Part shown: positions 11,301 to 19,063 of the stretch, one piece after another
How the letters are laid out: each line of letters opens with the position of its first letter
How positions within the stretch are numbered: the first letter of the stretch is position 1
Assembly (NCBI GenBank): GCA_964473825.1
Contig: CAYYQL010000001.1
Coordinates: 64,001-128,000, forward strand
Direction: 5' to 3'
DNA: 64,000 nucleotides
Origin: an uncultured archaeon
GTDB lineage: Archaea > Asgardarchaeota > Thorarchaeia > Thorarchaeales > Thorarchaeaceae
Notes under the pieces: model-generated
What the model saw: the letters and a program-made list of their open reading frames with translations, nothing else
Databases searched by the model: none
What the model was told of the DNA's origin: nothing
Made by a program: the position numbers and the translations under genes

Positions 11301-12023
11301 GATGTGGACCAGAATAACGTGACAGACCAAGTGCTGATACATGTCTACGACGACACTCCGCCGGTTCTAAAGAGTCAACAAGATACAATTGCCTTTGAGG
11401 GTGCCACTGGCCAGACCATCACTTGGAGTGCTTCGGATTTGAATCCAGATAGCTATGTCGTCCGCCTCAACGGCGAGATTGATGCTGAAGGAACATGGAC
11501 TGATGAAGTGACTTACAGTCTTGACGAGCTGGTCGCGGGAATGTACGAAGTCGAACTGACTATCTACGACCTCGACAGAAACAGCGACTCTGATGTCGTC
11601 ACGGTTCTTTTTGTGTATGATGACGCTCCTCCCGCTATAGACTCTCCCTCGGACACGACCATCTATGAGGGCAGGACGGGGACAAGTGTTGTGTGGACAG
11701 CAACAGACGACTGGCCAGCAAGCTACCAGATTGAGTCAAATGGCTCTGTCGTGGCTTCAGGACCATGGGCTGGAGCCCGAATCATCTTCAGCTTGGACGG
11801 GATTGAGATCGGTAGTCACAGTTTTGAGGTCACAGTGTATGACCAGAGCGGAAACTCAGCTAGTGACATCGTTGAGGTCACAGTACTTGCTTTGCCCATA
11901 GCAGAAGAGGAAGATGTGGTGCCAATGGATCCAATGCTTCTCTTGTTGATTGTGGGCGGGATTGCAGCAGTTGTTGCGGTATCTATCGCAGGATATCTGT
12001 TCAACAAACGAAGGGGTACCTAG
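8334..12023 (+). CDS. Secreted NosD/CASH beta-helix + Ig-like surface protein (paralogue 2); start is probably ATT 8334 (alternative TTG 8319)
   Basis: Same architecture as paralogue 1. Signal peptide RKVTAILLLVVIALQP begins at 8337; GGAGG at 8321-8325. Confidence 0.88.
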   Translation: MRKVTAILLLVVIALQPFLIFSGMVAPKTLTQTPRHLTAQEPGPRLEPEEFINHVPIYINGTDDFEAQNWPGSGTDVDPYVISGLNITYGIGVPLIQIENTDAYFVIQDCFMNQLSATWAVSLYNVSHGSIVYTYMESNWGGALLERANGTLIDHVYTLSGDYLAVYLPISTDCILTHSVFNSTNSGSIRAEQAHQLRIEDTVSQCHTGARNLYLLQSNHTTIQSTQLFYGTYAISAVGCHWFAVDDLFVDDPQTGLDLVLSPNSILTDIHGTVTSGAVLEIDDSQNSTIDGFTFLEAGTGMYISSSNDTRVANCILEDVTDVGIEMHISHRCNITNNAVSMCADGIYTADSHDLILSGNTVTNSAGYGIVIENGDRVIVDSNSVHDTGLIGIHLDTGENCTFSNNAVDLTEEAGILLLDAPNVIVEYNTVSNTDEYGILLAGCQKALVQENTIIHTLDEGLSCDTCPDLQVLRNVVIESESTGLYFTDSPRAIVFGNEVLRADDGIYIDTSVNISILENTITEVRYSGITAWGAYNGVIANNTIDARTSSFGLRVEFTRNATIASNDLTGCGIYLGDQPALIWVNHTIHDNTVNSKPFLYLISESDLIVSGGDYGQIAMVDCTNITVSGGVFEYCSVPIVIYTGEYIHIEGIESVGNYYGCIANPAQNLTLIDSHFEGVANGRGLGLYESDDAHVEGCTFRKFSGMNGYGIDSYESSRFVLISSILEYNHRGLYLRHGDDALIAGCDFNHNEYTGIYAAQSADRATVEDCYFLNSTMGIYVDNSDYWNITDCEVRHCTTGIYIAGSSADFNNVTSSIVESCGYGIRVSNGDNATITNNTVRWCTTYGIYLSNSDGSEVYYNTIAFNSINGYDNDPHNWDDGVSEGNWWGDYTPPPPYSITAGGGGAVDNYPNLCAPTTPVIDQPMDLYYAEGSTGNELTWNPRDDELRDWTVKIDSQFWASGAWNFDDITVEVDGLPYGTHMLDIIVYDVDQNNVTDQVLIHVYDDTPPVLKSQQDTIAFEGATGQTITWSASDLNPDSYVVRLNGEIDAEGTWTDEVTYSLDELVAGMYEVELTIYDLDRNSDSDVVTVLFVYDDAPPAIDSPSDTTIYEGRTGTSVVWTATDDWPASYQIESNGSVVASGPWAGARIIFSLDGIEIGSHSFEVTVYDQSGNSASDIVEVTVLALPIAEEEDVVPMDPMLLLLIVGGIAAVVAVSIAGYLFNKRRGT

Positions 12024-12029
12024 AGTCTT

Positions 12030-12062
12030 ATTGGGAACCCGGGCGCATTGCCCGGGCCCAAT
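12030..12062 (+). terminator. GC-rich hairpin after paralogue 2
   Basis: ATTGGG-aa-CCCGGGC / GCCCGGG-CCCAAT inverted repeat 7 nt after the stop. Confidence 0.5.
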
Positions 12063-12100
12063 GCTTCGCTCTTATCGAGGAGAAGGCACCTAAGTACCTG

Positions 12101-12117
12101 TGAAGTTTATTAGTGAG
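12101..12117 (+). promoter_or_regulatory. BRE/TATA-like promoter of beta-helix gene 3
   Basis: TGAAGTTTATTA, 12/12 identical to 4161-4172. Confidence 0.6.
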
Positions 12118-12282
12118 TTTACCCAGAGGAAAGCAGCACGTCTTGATGCATTAGCGTGAAGGTAAGGAAGGCGAGTTCCACTCGTCGCACCATATGGACA
12201 ACACAGTCACATCACTGCGCTTGTTCAGTTCTTTCACATGCCTCAACGATGCTTCATGAAAAGACTCCCGGAGGAGTGGAGA

Positions 12283-15200
12283 TTGCAGAAACGGATTATG
12301 ACTGGAATACTTGCGTTCATGTTACTTGTTCAGCCTTTTGTGTTGACCGGATACTTCGTAACGAAACCTGCCGTACTTGATGCGGCTCCCGAGAGAGATA
12401 TCAGGTTGGCACAAGAACCTGGAATACGTCTTGACTCTGAAGACCTCACCGACCACGTTCCGATATTCATCAACGGCACAGATGATTTTGTGGGACAGGG
12501 TTGGCCCGGCAGCGGCAGTGAGGTTGACCCCTTCATCATGGAAGCCCTCAATATCACATATGACATCGGGAAAGTGGCAATTCACATCATCAATACGGAT
12601 GCATACTTCATTGTCCGAGACTGTTATGTCAACCAGATGTCAAATGAGGTTGGCATCGCCTTTCACAACGTATCGAATGGACTTGTTGAGTATTGCAGCA
12701 TTGTGTCAGCAGGTCGCGGGGTTGAAGCCTTCAATACTGGCAACACAGAGATCATGCACTGCGATGTTCTTGCAACGCAGATTGCAGTCTATGTCAATGC
12801 ATCGTCAGAGTCCAAAGTTAGCTGGAACAATATAAACTCAACAACCCACCGAGCGCTTACAAGTGAGTACTGCACAGGCCTGACACTTTCCCATAACACC
12901 CTTGCGGGTAATGCTCCTGGTTGGTACACGGCAGTAGTCCGCTATTCCAATCACACGACGGTAACTGATGAATTCAGCAGCGGCCTTCTGACAGGATACG
13001 CATTCGAGTTCGATATCGATGTCGACGTAAGCAATGTTGTCATACCTGAAAGTAACCAAGGATACGGTATCCGTTTGTACACAGTGGAGAATGTAAGCAT
13101 TTCGGCCAGTGAGGCGCATGGAACGAATCAGCCGGGGCTACAAATCTACAAGTGCAACAACACCGATGTGACTGGGTCCACCTTCAGCTCGGAAGCAGAT
13201 ATCGGTATCGAAATCGATTGGTCGAACTACACAACGCTCTCCTCCTGCACCATTGCATCGAGTGGAGAACAGGGCGTCGTTATCAGCGACTCTTGGCAGA
13301 CCTCAGTAAATGGGCTGACTTTGACACATGCCGAGGCCACGGGAATCCTGGTGGATAACTCCCCCGATACCGAGATTACTGGCGGCTCAGTATTCAATAC
13401 CACAAGGTTTGGAATCGAGATTACCGAGTCAAATCGGACAACGCTCAACGGTAACACCATCGATTTGACAGGTGGCTCCGGTGTTTATGCCAACTATTCC
13501 TACCCAATCGAAATTTCAGACAATAGTATCTCAAATCTTGGTGCATACGGCCTAGTTCTCGACCACTGCGAAAACACCACTATAGCGTCAAATGACATCT
13601 CCAATTGTGTTGGCGTGGGCATTCGAGTGCTGGCATCACCCCAATCTACGATTGAGGGGAACACCGTCACCCGTAGTACTAACATAGGAATCTCCACAAT
13701 AGAATGCCCGGACAGTAGCATCCGGGAGAATGATGTCTCAATGGCCGTCGCTTATGGAATCCAAGTCCAGACTGGACCACGGTCGACCGTAGCGGACAAC
13801 TGGGTGAATGGAAGCCAGTCGCATGGCCTGTACATGCAGAACTCGCATAATACAACGGTATCCGGTAATACGGTGGAGGGCGGAGGAGAGGCACTCTATC
13901 TTGCAGGCTGTGACAATACAGTGGTGTCCGGCAATTCCATAGTCGGAACCGGCCTAGAAGCCGCCGGGTTGTACACTTCAACAAACGTCACGTTCTCGGG
14001 AAACACCATTGACTTCCCGGCCGAACAGGGAATATACATCTATGGCCTAGCAGACTCAGCCTTTGTGAATAATACACTCACAGGGTGTGGATTCGTCTTC
14101 GAGCTGGTGGGACTCTCACTGTATGAGCACGAGTTCTCTGGAAACATTGTCAACGGCAAGCCGGTCTACTACTGTTGGAACGGCTCCGGCATAGATCTCG
14201 ACGGTGATAGCTATGGACAGATCATCCTTATGAATTGCTCAGGCTGCACAGTGACAGGAGGCGATTTTGATCGCGCCTCCGTACCGATTGCCGGATACTA
14301 CACCAACAATCTGCTCATCCAAGATGCTCACTTTTCTAACAACCTTGCAGCGTACATTGGCTCCGAGGCAGAAAACGTGACAATTCTCAACTGCGTTTCA
14401 GAAGGCAAGGCGAACAGATGGGGCATCGCGACATTCTACGTCGATAACGTGACCGTCAGTGGAACCACCATCTCTGACTGTGACAGCCCGACCGGCGTTG
14501 GCCTAAGGCTCTGGTATGGCTCGAACATCAACATCACTGACTGTCTTGTCACGGGCTCGACGACTGGGGCATCCATTGTCCAGGGATCCGACCTGTTTCT
14601 CAGTTCGTGCGACTTTGAGCACATTAGTGGTACAGGCGTGGCCTTGGACAACTTCGACAATGTTGAACTCAAGGACTCCACGTTCACCAACGTGTCGCGC
14701 GGTGTCTACCTCTATTACTCGGACAACGTGTCCTTGAGCGACTCAACGTTCATGTACTGTAATGATCATGCAATCTATTCGACAACGTCATACGGATTGA
14801 ATGTCACGACCAACACCATTGAGAACAACGGATATGGGATGTATGTAAGTGGTGGTGGAAACATCTATGTCCTCAATAACTCGATCAGATGGAACTTGGA
14901 TTATGGCCTGTACGTTAACTCAGCAGTGAACGTTTCTGTCTACTACAACGTCTTTGTGATGAACATAGCAGGAAACGGCTATGACACCTCCATTAGGAAC
15001 TGGGATGACAACGTGAGCCTTGGCAACTATTGGTATCCATTCTCTGGTGCACCAGTCATTGTCGGTAATGCACAGGACAGGTATCCACAGGAATTCCTTC
15101 CCACCACGCCCATCATCAACCGGCCTCAGGACGTGTCCTACGCAGAGGGCTCCACCGGAAATACCATCACGTGGTACCCTGTTGATGATAACCTCCGTAA

Positions 15201-16038
15201 CTGGGAAGTTGAGGTCAACTCGGAGTACTGGGACGGGGATGCATGGAACTACACTAGTATCATTGTCAACATTGATGGATTGCCATACGGCACCCATACT
15301 TTGGTGATCACTGTATGGGATATCCATGACAATTATGTAACAGATACTGTCAACATACACGTGTACGATGCGACTCCGCCCACCATCAGCAGTGCACCGG
15401 ATAGAGAAGCCTTTGTGGGCGCAACTGGTCAGACAGTGACGTGGACTGTGGAGGACTTGAACCCCGACAACTACGTTCTCTATGTGGATGACGTTGAATC
15501 GGAAACAGGATCATGGACTTCAGGAGTTCTTGAAGTAAGTATTGATGGCCTCTCAGAGGGGCTCCGTATCCTCCGGATAGTCATCTATGACGTTGACGGA
15601 AACACGGCAGAAGACGCTTTGAGAGTGCTGGTGATCAATGATGACGTCGGTCCCACCATCGACTCGCCCGCCGACATCGTGTATGTCGAGGGCACAGTGG
15701 GTAACACCATCACGTGGACACCCTCGGATCAATACCCCGCCTCTTTCGAGGTGACGGAGAATTCCACAGCATACGCATCAGGTAGTTGGGGAGGCGGCAA
15801 GGTTGTCGTGAACGTCAATGGACTTGACCCCGGAAATTATGAGTTCGAGATAACAGTCGCAGACAAGAGCGGAAATACTGCAACCGATACAGTCGCTCTC
15901 ACGGTCGTAGCGGCTGTAGCTACAACAACACCTCCACCTCCAGACGTTGATCAGTTGTTCCTACTTGCTGGAGTCGTGGGCGTTATCGCAGTGGTAGTTG
16001 CTCTAGTCTGGTATATCCGAAAGAGAAGACCTAGCTAA
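12283..16038 (+). CDS. Secreted NosD/CASH beta-helix + Ig-like surface protein (paralogue 3)
   Basis: TTG 12283, 8 nt after GGAGG; signal peptide; same cap, beta-helix, three Ig-like repeats, TTTPPPP linker, TM + KRR. Confidence 0.9.
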   Translation: MQKRIMTGILAFMLLVQPFVLTGYFVTKPAVLDAAPERDIRLAQEPGIRLDSEDLTDHVPIFINGTDDFVGQGWPGSGSEVDPFIMEALNITYDIGKVAIHIINTDAYFIVRDCYVNQMSNEVGIAFHNVSNGLVEYCSIVSAGRGVEAFNTGNTEIMHCDVLATQIAVYVNASSESKVSWNNINSTTHRALTSEYCTGLTLSHNTLAGNAPGWYTAVVRYSNHTTVTDEFSSGLLTGYAFEFDIDVDVSNVVIPESNQGYGIRLYTVENVSISASEAHGTNQPGLQIYKCNNTDVTGSTFSSEADIGIEIDWSNYTTLSSCTIASSGEQGVVISDSWQTSVNGLTLTHAEATGILVDNSPDTEITGGSVFNTTRFGIEITESNRTTLNGNTIDLTGGSGVYANYSYPIEISDNSISNLGAYGLVLDHCENTTIASNDISNCVGVGIRVLASPQSTIEGNTVTRSTNIGISTIECPDSSIRENDVSMAVAYGIQVQTGPRSTVADNWVNGSQSHGLYMQNSHNTTVSGNTVEGGGEALYLAGCDNTVVSGNSIVGTGLEAAGLYTSTNVTFSGNTIDFPAEQGIYIYGLADSAFVNNTLTGCGFVFELVGLSLYEHEFSGNIVNGKPVYYCWNGSGIDLDGDSYGQIILMNCSGCTVTGGDFDRASVPIAGYYTNNLLIQDAHFSNNLAAYIGSEAENVTILNCVSEGKANRWGIATFYVDNVTVSGTTISDCDSPTGVGLRLWYGSNINITDCLVTGSTTGASIVQGSDLFLSSCDFEHISGTGVALDNFDNVELKDSTFTNVSRGVYLYYSDNVSLSDSTFMYCNDHAIYSTTSYGLNVTTNTIENNGYGMYVSGGGNIYVLNNSIRWNLDYGLYVNSAVNVSVYYNVFVMNIAGNGYDTSIRNWDDNVSLGNYWYPFSGAPVIVGNAQDRYPQEFLPTTPIINRPQDVSYAEGSTGNTITWYPVDDNLRNWEVEVNSEYWDGDAWNYTSIIVNIDGLPYGTHTLVITVWDIHDNYVTDTVNIHVYDATPPTISSAPDREAFVGATGQTVTWTVEDLNPDNYVLYVDDVESETGSWTSGVLEVSIDGLSEGLRILRIVIYDVDGNTAEDALRVLVINDDVGPTIDSPADIVYVEGTVGNTITWTPSDQYPASFEVTENSTAYASGSWGGGKVVVNVNGLDPGNYEFEITVADKSGNTATDTVALTVVAAVATTTPPPPDVDQLFLLAGVVGVIAVVVALVWYIRKRRPS

Positions 16039-16049
16039 GGAGAGCATAC

Positions 16050-16091
16050 GGCGGTGAGGGCCTCGCTCTCATCGCTGCCTTCGTTTTTTTT
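16050..16091 (+). terminator. Hairpin + T8 terminator after paralogue 3
   Basis: GGCGGTGAGGGC / GCTCTCATCGCT stem (with G-U pairs) then TTTTTTTT at 16084-16091. Confidence 0.65.
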
Positions 16092-16289
16092 CCTCATGGT
16101 TACAAGAGAGGGCCTCTTCTTTCAAATATTTGAGGGGCGTTCTTTTTTCGGAGGACATGTTCTTCTCAGAGTCACATCCACGGCTCAGAGAAAGCACTGT
16201 CGATTTAATCACAGAAGAAACTATATTCAGAAACTAATATCACCAATAGAAGCTTCATCCAATTCGGATGAGTTGGGGAGCGGTGCCAA

Positions 16290-17804
16290 GTGCCACCAGA
16301 ACTGAAGAAGCGTTATTATGACTCAATCATAGGATTAGCCTTTGCTGTGCTACTGGGTGGCATGCTTCTGGTCACAGGATCCGGTCTGGCCTGGTCCATC
16401 GTCGAAGCACAGGAGTCAGCATTCTGGCTGAGTGTTCTGGTGGCTATGCTGGCAACTACATCCGGGATTGTCGCCACATATAGCTTCGTCCGCTACACAC
16501 AGCAACCCAACCTAAGAAGCATAATCATTATGTTCCTCGGTGCCAACGTGGTACTCTTCTCGTTTGCCTACCTAGTCACTCATCCGATAATCGCACTCTC
16601 AGTAATAGCAACTCGCGACAGGAATCGCACTATTGTATCAGGACTCGCGTTCCTTCTGACACCAGGCGTATTAGCAGGCTCGGTGCCGGGTGACGCAGAG
16701 ATTACCCCTAAGAAGAAGAGATTGGTGATTCTCTGGGGAGCTGTCTTACAGCCTCTATTCTTTATCTTGCTTCTAGCATCTCCAGTCCCCTTGTTCAGAG
16801 TTACAGATCCCCAAGGAGGCTTGTTCGGACTCACTCCTGTTGGGCTCATTCTTACAGGGGTTGTCGGAAGCAGCGCAACCCTAGCACTGCTCAGATACAT
16901 ACTTGAATGGTACCGTAGTAGAAGCCGCACGATTCTGGCATCAACTCTAGCACTGGTTCTGTGGATGGGCGCCTTCATCATCTACACTCTACTAGAAGAC
17001 CCCCGCCAGATTGCGGAGATTCTCTGGTTAGGTGGCATCTTCGCCGGTTTCGTCATTTTGGCCTTGGGAATGATTCTAACATCAATAATCGAACCCCACC
17101 GTATTCTTGAGTCACTTGTTGAAAGGAGAACAGCGGAGCTTCAGACTGCCAGAAGGGAGAGCGACTTCTATCTTCATATGTGGACTCACAAGATGGGCAA
17201 TCTCCTGCAGGGCATCGTGACATATCTCGAACTCCTCTCGCATGCAGAGCGAAACACAAGTCAGGAAGGACCACACAAGGAGGCGGTTGCACTGAGCAAT
17301 GAAGCCACCCTCTTCAACAGACAGGTATCAAAGCTTTCGGAAATCAAGTCTGCCAAGGATGTGAAGCTCGTCCCGGTTGTAGCCCAAACCTACATGATGA
17401 GGGGTCTTGAAACCGTCAAACAGACATTTCAGGAAAGGCCAGTTTCCGCCAAGGTCACGATTGACAAGAGATTGATTGTAAGGGCTGACATGATGCTGAC
17501 TGACCTGTTTGCCAATCTAATCATCCAAGCCTATAGATTAGCATCCGAAGATCATATCCAGCTGAAGATATCAGGTTCCCCTCAGAATGGAGAAGTCAGC
17601 ATCTATATCGAGAGCTGTGGTAGACCTCTCTCGGACGCTGATAAGCGATTTTTGATCGGCTCTGACCTTCCCGAGCTCTCAACCCTGAATATCCACCTCT
17701 ATACCGCCCGTATTCTAATCGACAGGTACGGAGGTCAGATCCGTTATTTCAGAAAGGAGAACGAATCTAAGAACATCTTTGAGATCAATCTGGATAGCGG
17801 CTAG
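16290..17804 (+). CDS. Multi-TM sensor histidine-kinase-like protein with degenerate HATPase domain
   Basis: About 8 TM segments, coiled coil LVERRTAEL, H-box-like THKMGNLLQG; N, G1 and G2 boxes altered (ANLIIQA, ESCGRP, LNIHLY). Confidence 0.8.
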   Translation: MPPELKKRYYDSIIGLAFAVLLGGMLLVTGSGLAWSIVEAQESAFWLSVLVAMLATTSGIVATYSFVRYTQQPNLRSIIIMFLGANVVLFSFAYLVTHPIIALSVIATRDRNRTIVSGLAFLLTPGVLAGSVPGDAEITPKKKRLVILWGAVLQPLFFILLLASPVPLFRVTDPQGGLFGLTPVGLILTGVVGSSATLALLRYILEWYRSRSRTILASTLALVLWMGAFIIYTLLEDPRQIAEILWLGGIFAGFVILALGMILTSIIEPHRILESLVERRTAELQTARRESDFYLHMWTHKMGNLLQGIVTYLELLSHAERNTSQEGPHKEAVALSNEATLFNRQVSKLSEIKSAKDVKLVPVVAQTYMMRGLETVKQTFQERPVSAKVTIDKRLIVRADMMLTDLFANLIIQAYRLASEDHIQLKISGSPQNGEVSIYIESCGRPLSDADKRFLIGSDLPELSTLNIHLYTARILIDRYGGQIRYFRKENESKNIFEINLDSG

Positions 17805-17858
17805 TACATCTACGGGCAATCTCTATCCGTAGACGCATTCAGATGATTCGAAAAGCAA

Positions 17859-18560
17859 TCATTCTGCATCCCATGCAATCCATATCAGGTCAACATCACT
17901 GACCGCCTTGACCTGATGAAGAACATTCCGCGGGATGTAATATACCGTGTTAGGGGCAAGCTCCTGCTCTTCTTCTTCGATACGTACTGTGCCGGTTCCG
18001 GCCAAGATCACAAACGCTTGAGGCCAGGGGTCGTGCTCACCCTCCTCATTGAGGGTTGTATCCGACGGGATTCGATACCAAGCAAGGCGAAGGCCCTGCC
18101 AGTACACAATCGGGATTGGTTTCGCACCATGAGCCTCACCTGCCCGTTCTACTGCAAGTTTCTTTGTCTTTATTCGTCCAGGCAGAAAGAAAAAGGTTGC
18201 CAAGCTCTTGATTGCCTCCATGGAGTCCTTGGCACGGTCTCGTTCAAGGAACTCGAAGTTGATTGGACGAACCTCATCCATGCTTGACCTCCCTGCTAGC
18301 GCAAATGCGTCAGCCTCTTCATCTAGGATCCTCTGAAGTGTGGCCGAGTCTAGAGTTATCTTGAGGCTTACCGAAGAAACGCCCTCTTCTATGCTCACCA
18401 CGCCATCTCCCTGCTTCAATATCATTGTCGCCGTTTCGCCGGTGTCGGTGAGCTCCACTGCTAACCTCAGAGGATTTTCCGACTCATGAAGAAGATCGTT
18501 GTAGAAACGCGAGTCCTTCTGGAGCTTTCTTAACGATTCAACTAGGCCAACCATACGCAA
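17859..18560 (-). CDS. SCP2-like N-terminal domain fused to a cupin domain
   Basis: C-terminal cupin motifs EHDPWPQAFVILAGTG and YYIPRNVLHQV; N-terminal SIEEG...KITLDSATLQRILDEEADA resembles the sterol carrier protein 2 fold pattern. Confidence 0.7.
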   Translation of the reverse strand: MRMVGLVESLRKLQKDSRFYNDLLHESENPLRLAVELTDTGETATMILKQGDGVVSIEEGVSSVSLKITLDSATLQRILDEEADAFALAGRSSMDEVRPINFEFLERDRAKDSMEAIKSLATFFFLPGRIKTKKLAVERAGEAHGAKPIPIVYWQGLRLAWYRIPSDTTLNEEGEHDPWPQAFVILAGTGTVRIEEEEQELAPNTVYYIPRNVLHQVKAVSDVDLIWIAWDAE

Positions 18561-18641
18561 TCACAGTACTCAAGAGTCATCCAAATATCACTGTTTCCGA
18601 AAGCGCGATGTAGATGCAGAGTCATACTAAGGTTCACCACT

Positions 18642-19052
18642 TCATGATTCCTGAGCAATCCGATGTGCAAATATCTCATCAACCAACTCAATTATCGATC
18701 TTCCCAGAAGGGCACCGAAGCCCCCGAGGAGGCCACCCAGAACAACGCTGATTACGATGACTAACCACCCCAGACCGGAGATGCCCAGCAGACCGATGAA
18801 GAATTCAGCTATCTGTAGCGCTTGGGCTGTTACCGCGAGATAGGCAAAGAGTATCGACCAGGCCACTGCTACTCCAACGAATCCAGCAAGGAACGAGTGT
18901 GTGTGTTTCCGTGTTAGAAGGGCACCAAAGAATCCAGCAATTAACATGGTAGCCCATATACCACTCAACTGGAGAGACAAGCCGATTAGGGCTACAACTA
19001 CTGTTGCGGGAATGACTCCCACATCTGGGAATATGTCGTCAAGTCCTGTCAT
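18642..19052 (-). CDS. Small 4-TM membrane protein, glycine-zipper-like C-terminus
   Basis: Four hydrophobic segments, GGLLGGFGALLG; 11 nt downstream of the acylase gene. Confidence 0.8.
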   Translation of the reverse strand: MTGLDDIFPDVGVIPATVVVALIGLSLQLSGIWATMLIAGFFGALLTRKHTHSFLAGFVGVAVAWSILFAYLAVTAQALQIAEFFIGLLGISGLGWLVIVISVVLGGLLGGFGALLGRSIIELVDEIFAHRIAQES

Positions 19053-19063
19053 CCTGTCTCACC

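Noticed and set aside
1-16038. NosD-like proteins next to an ABC transporter suggesting a nosDFY (N2O reductase maturation) locus
   Set aside because: No nosZ or nosL in the window; the proteins are about three times NosD length with Ig stalks and TM anchors; the ABC pair is generic and separately terminated.
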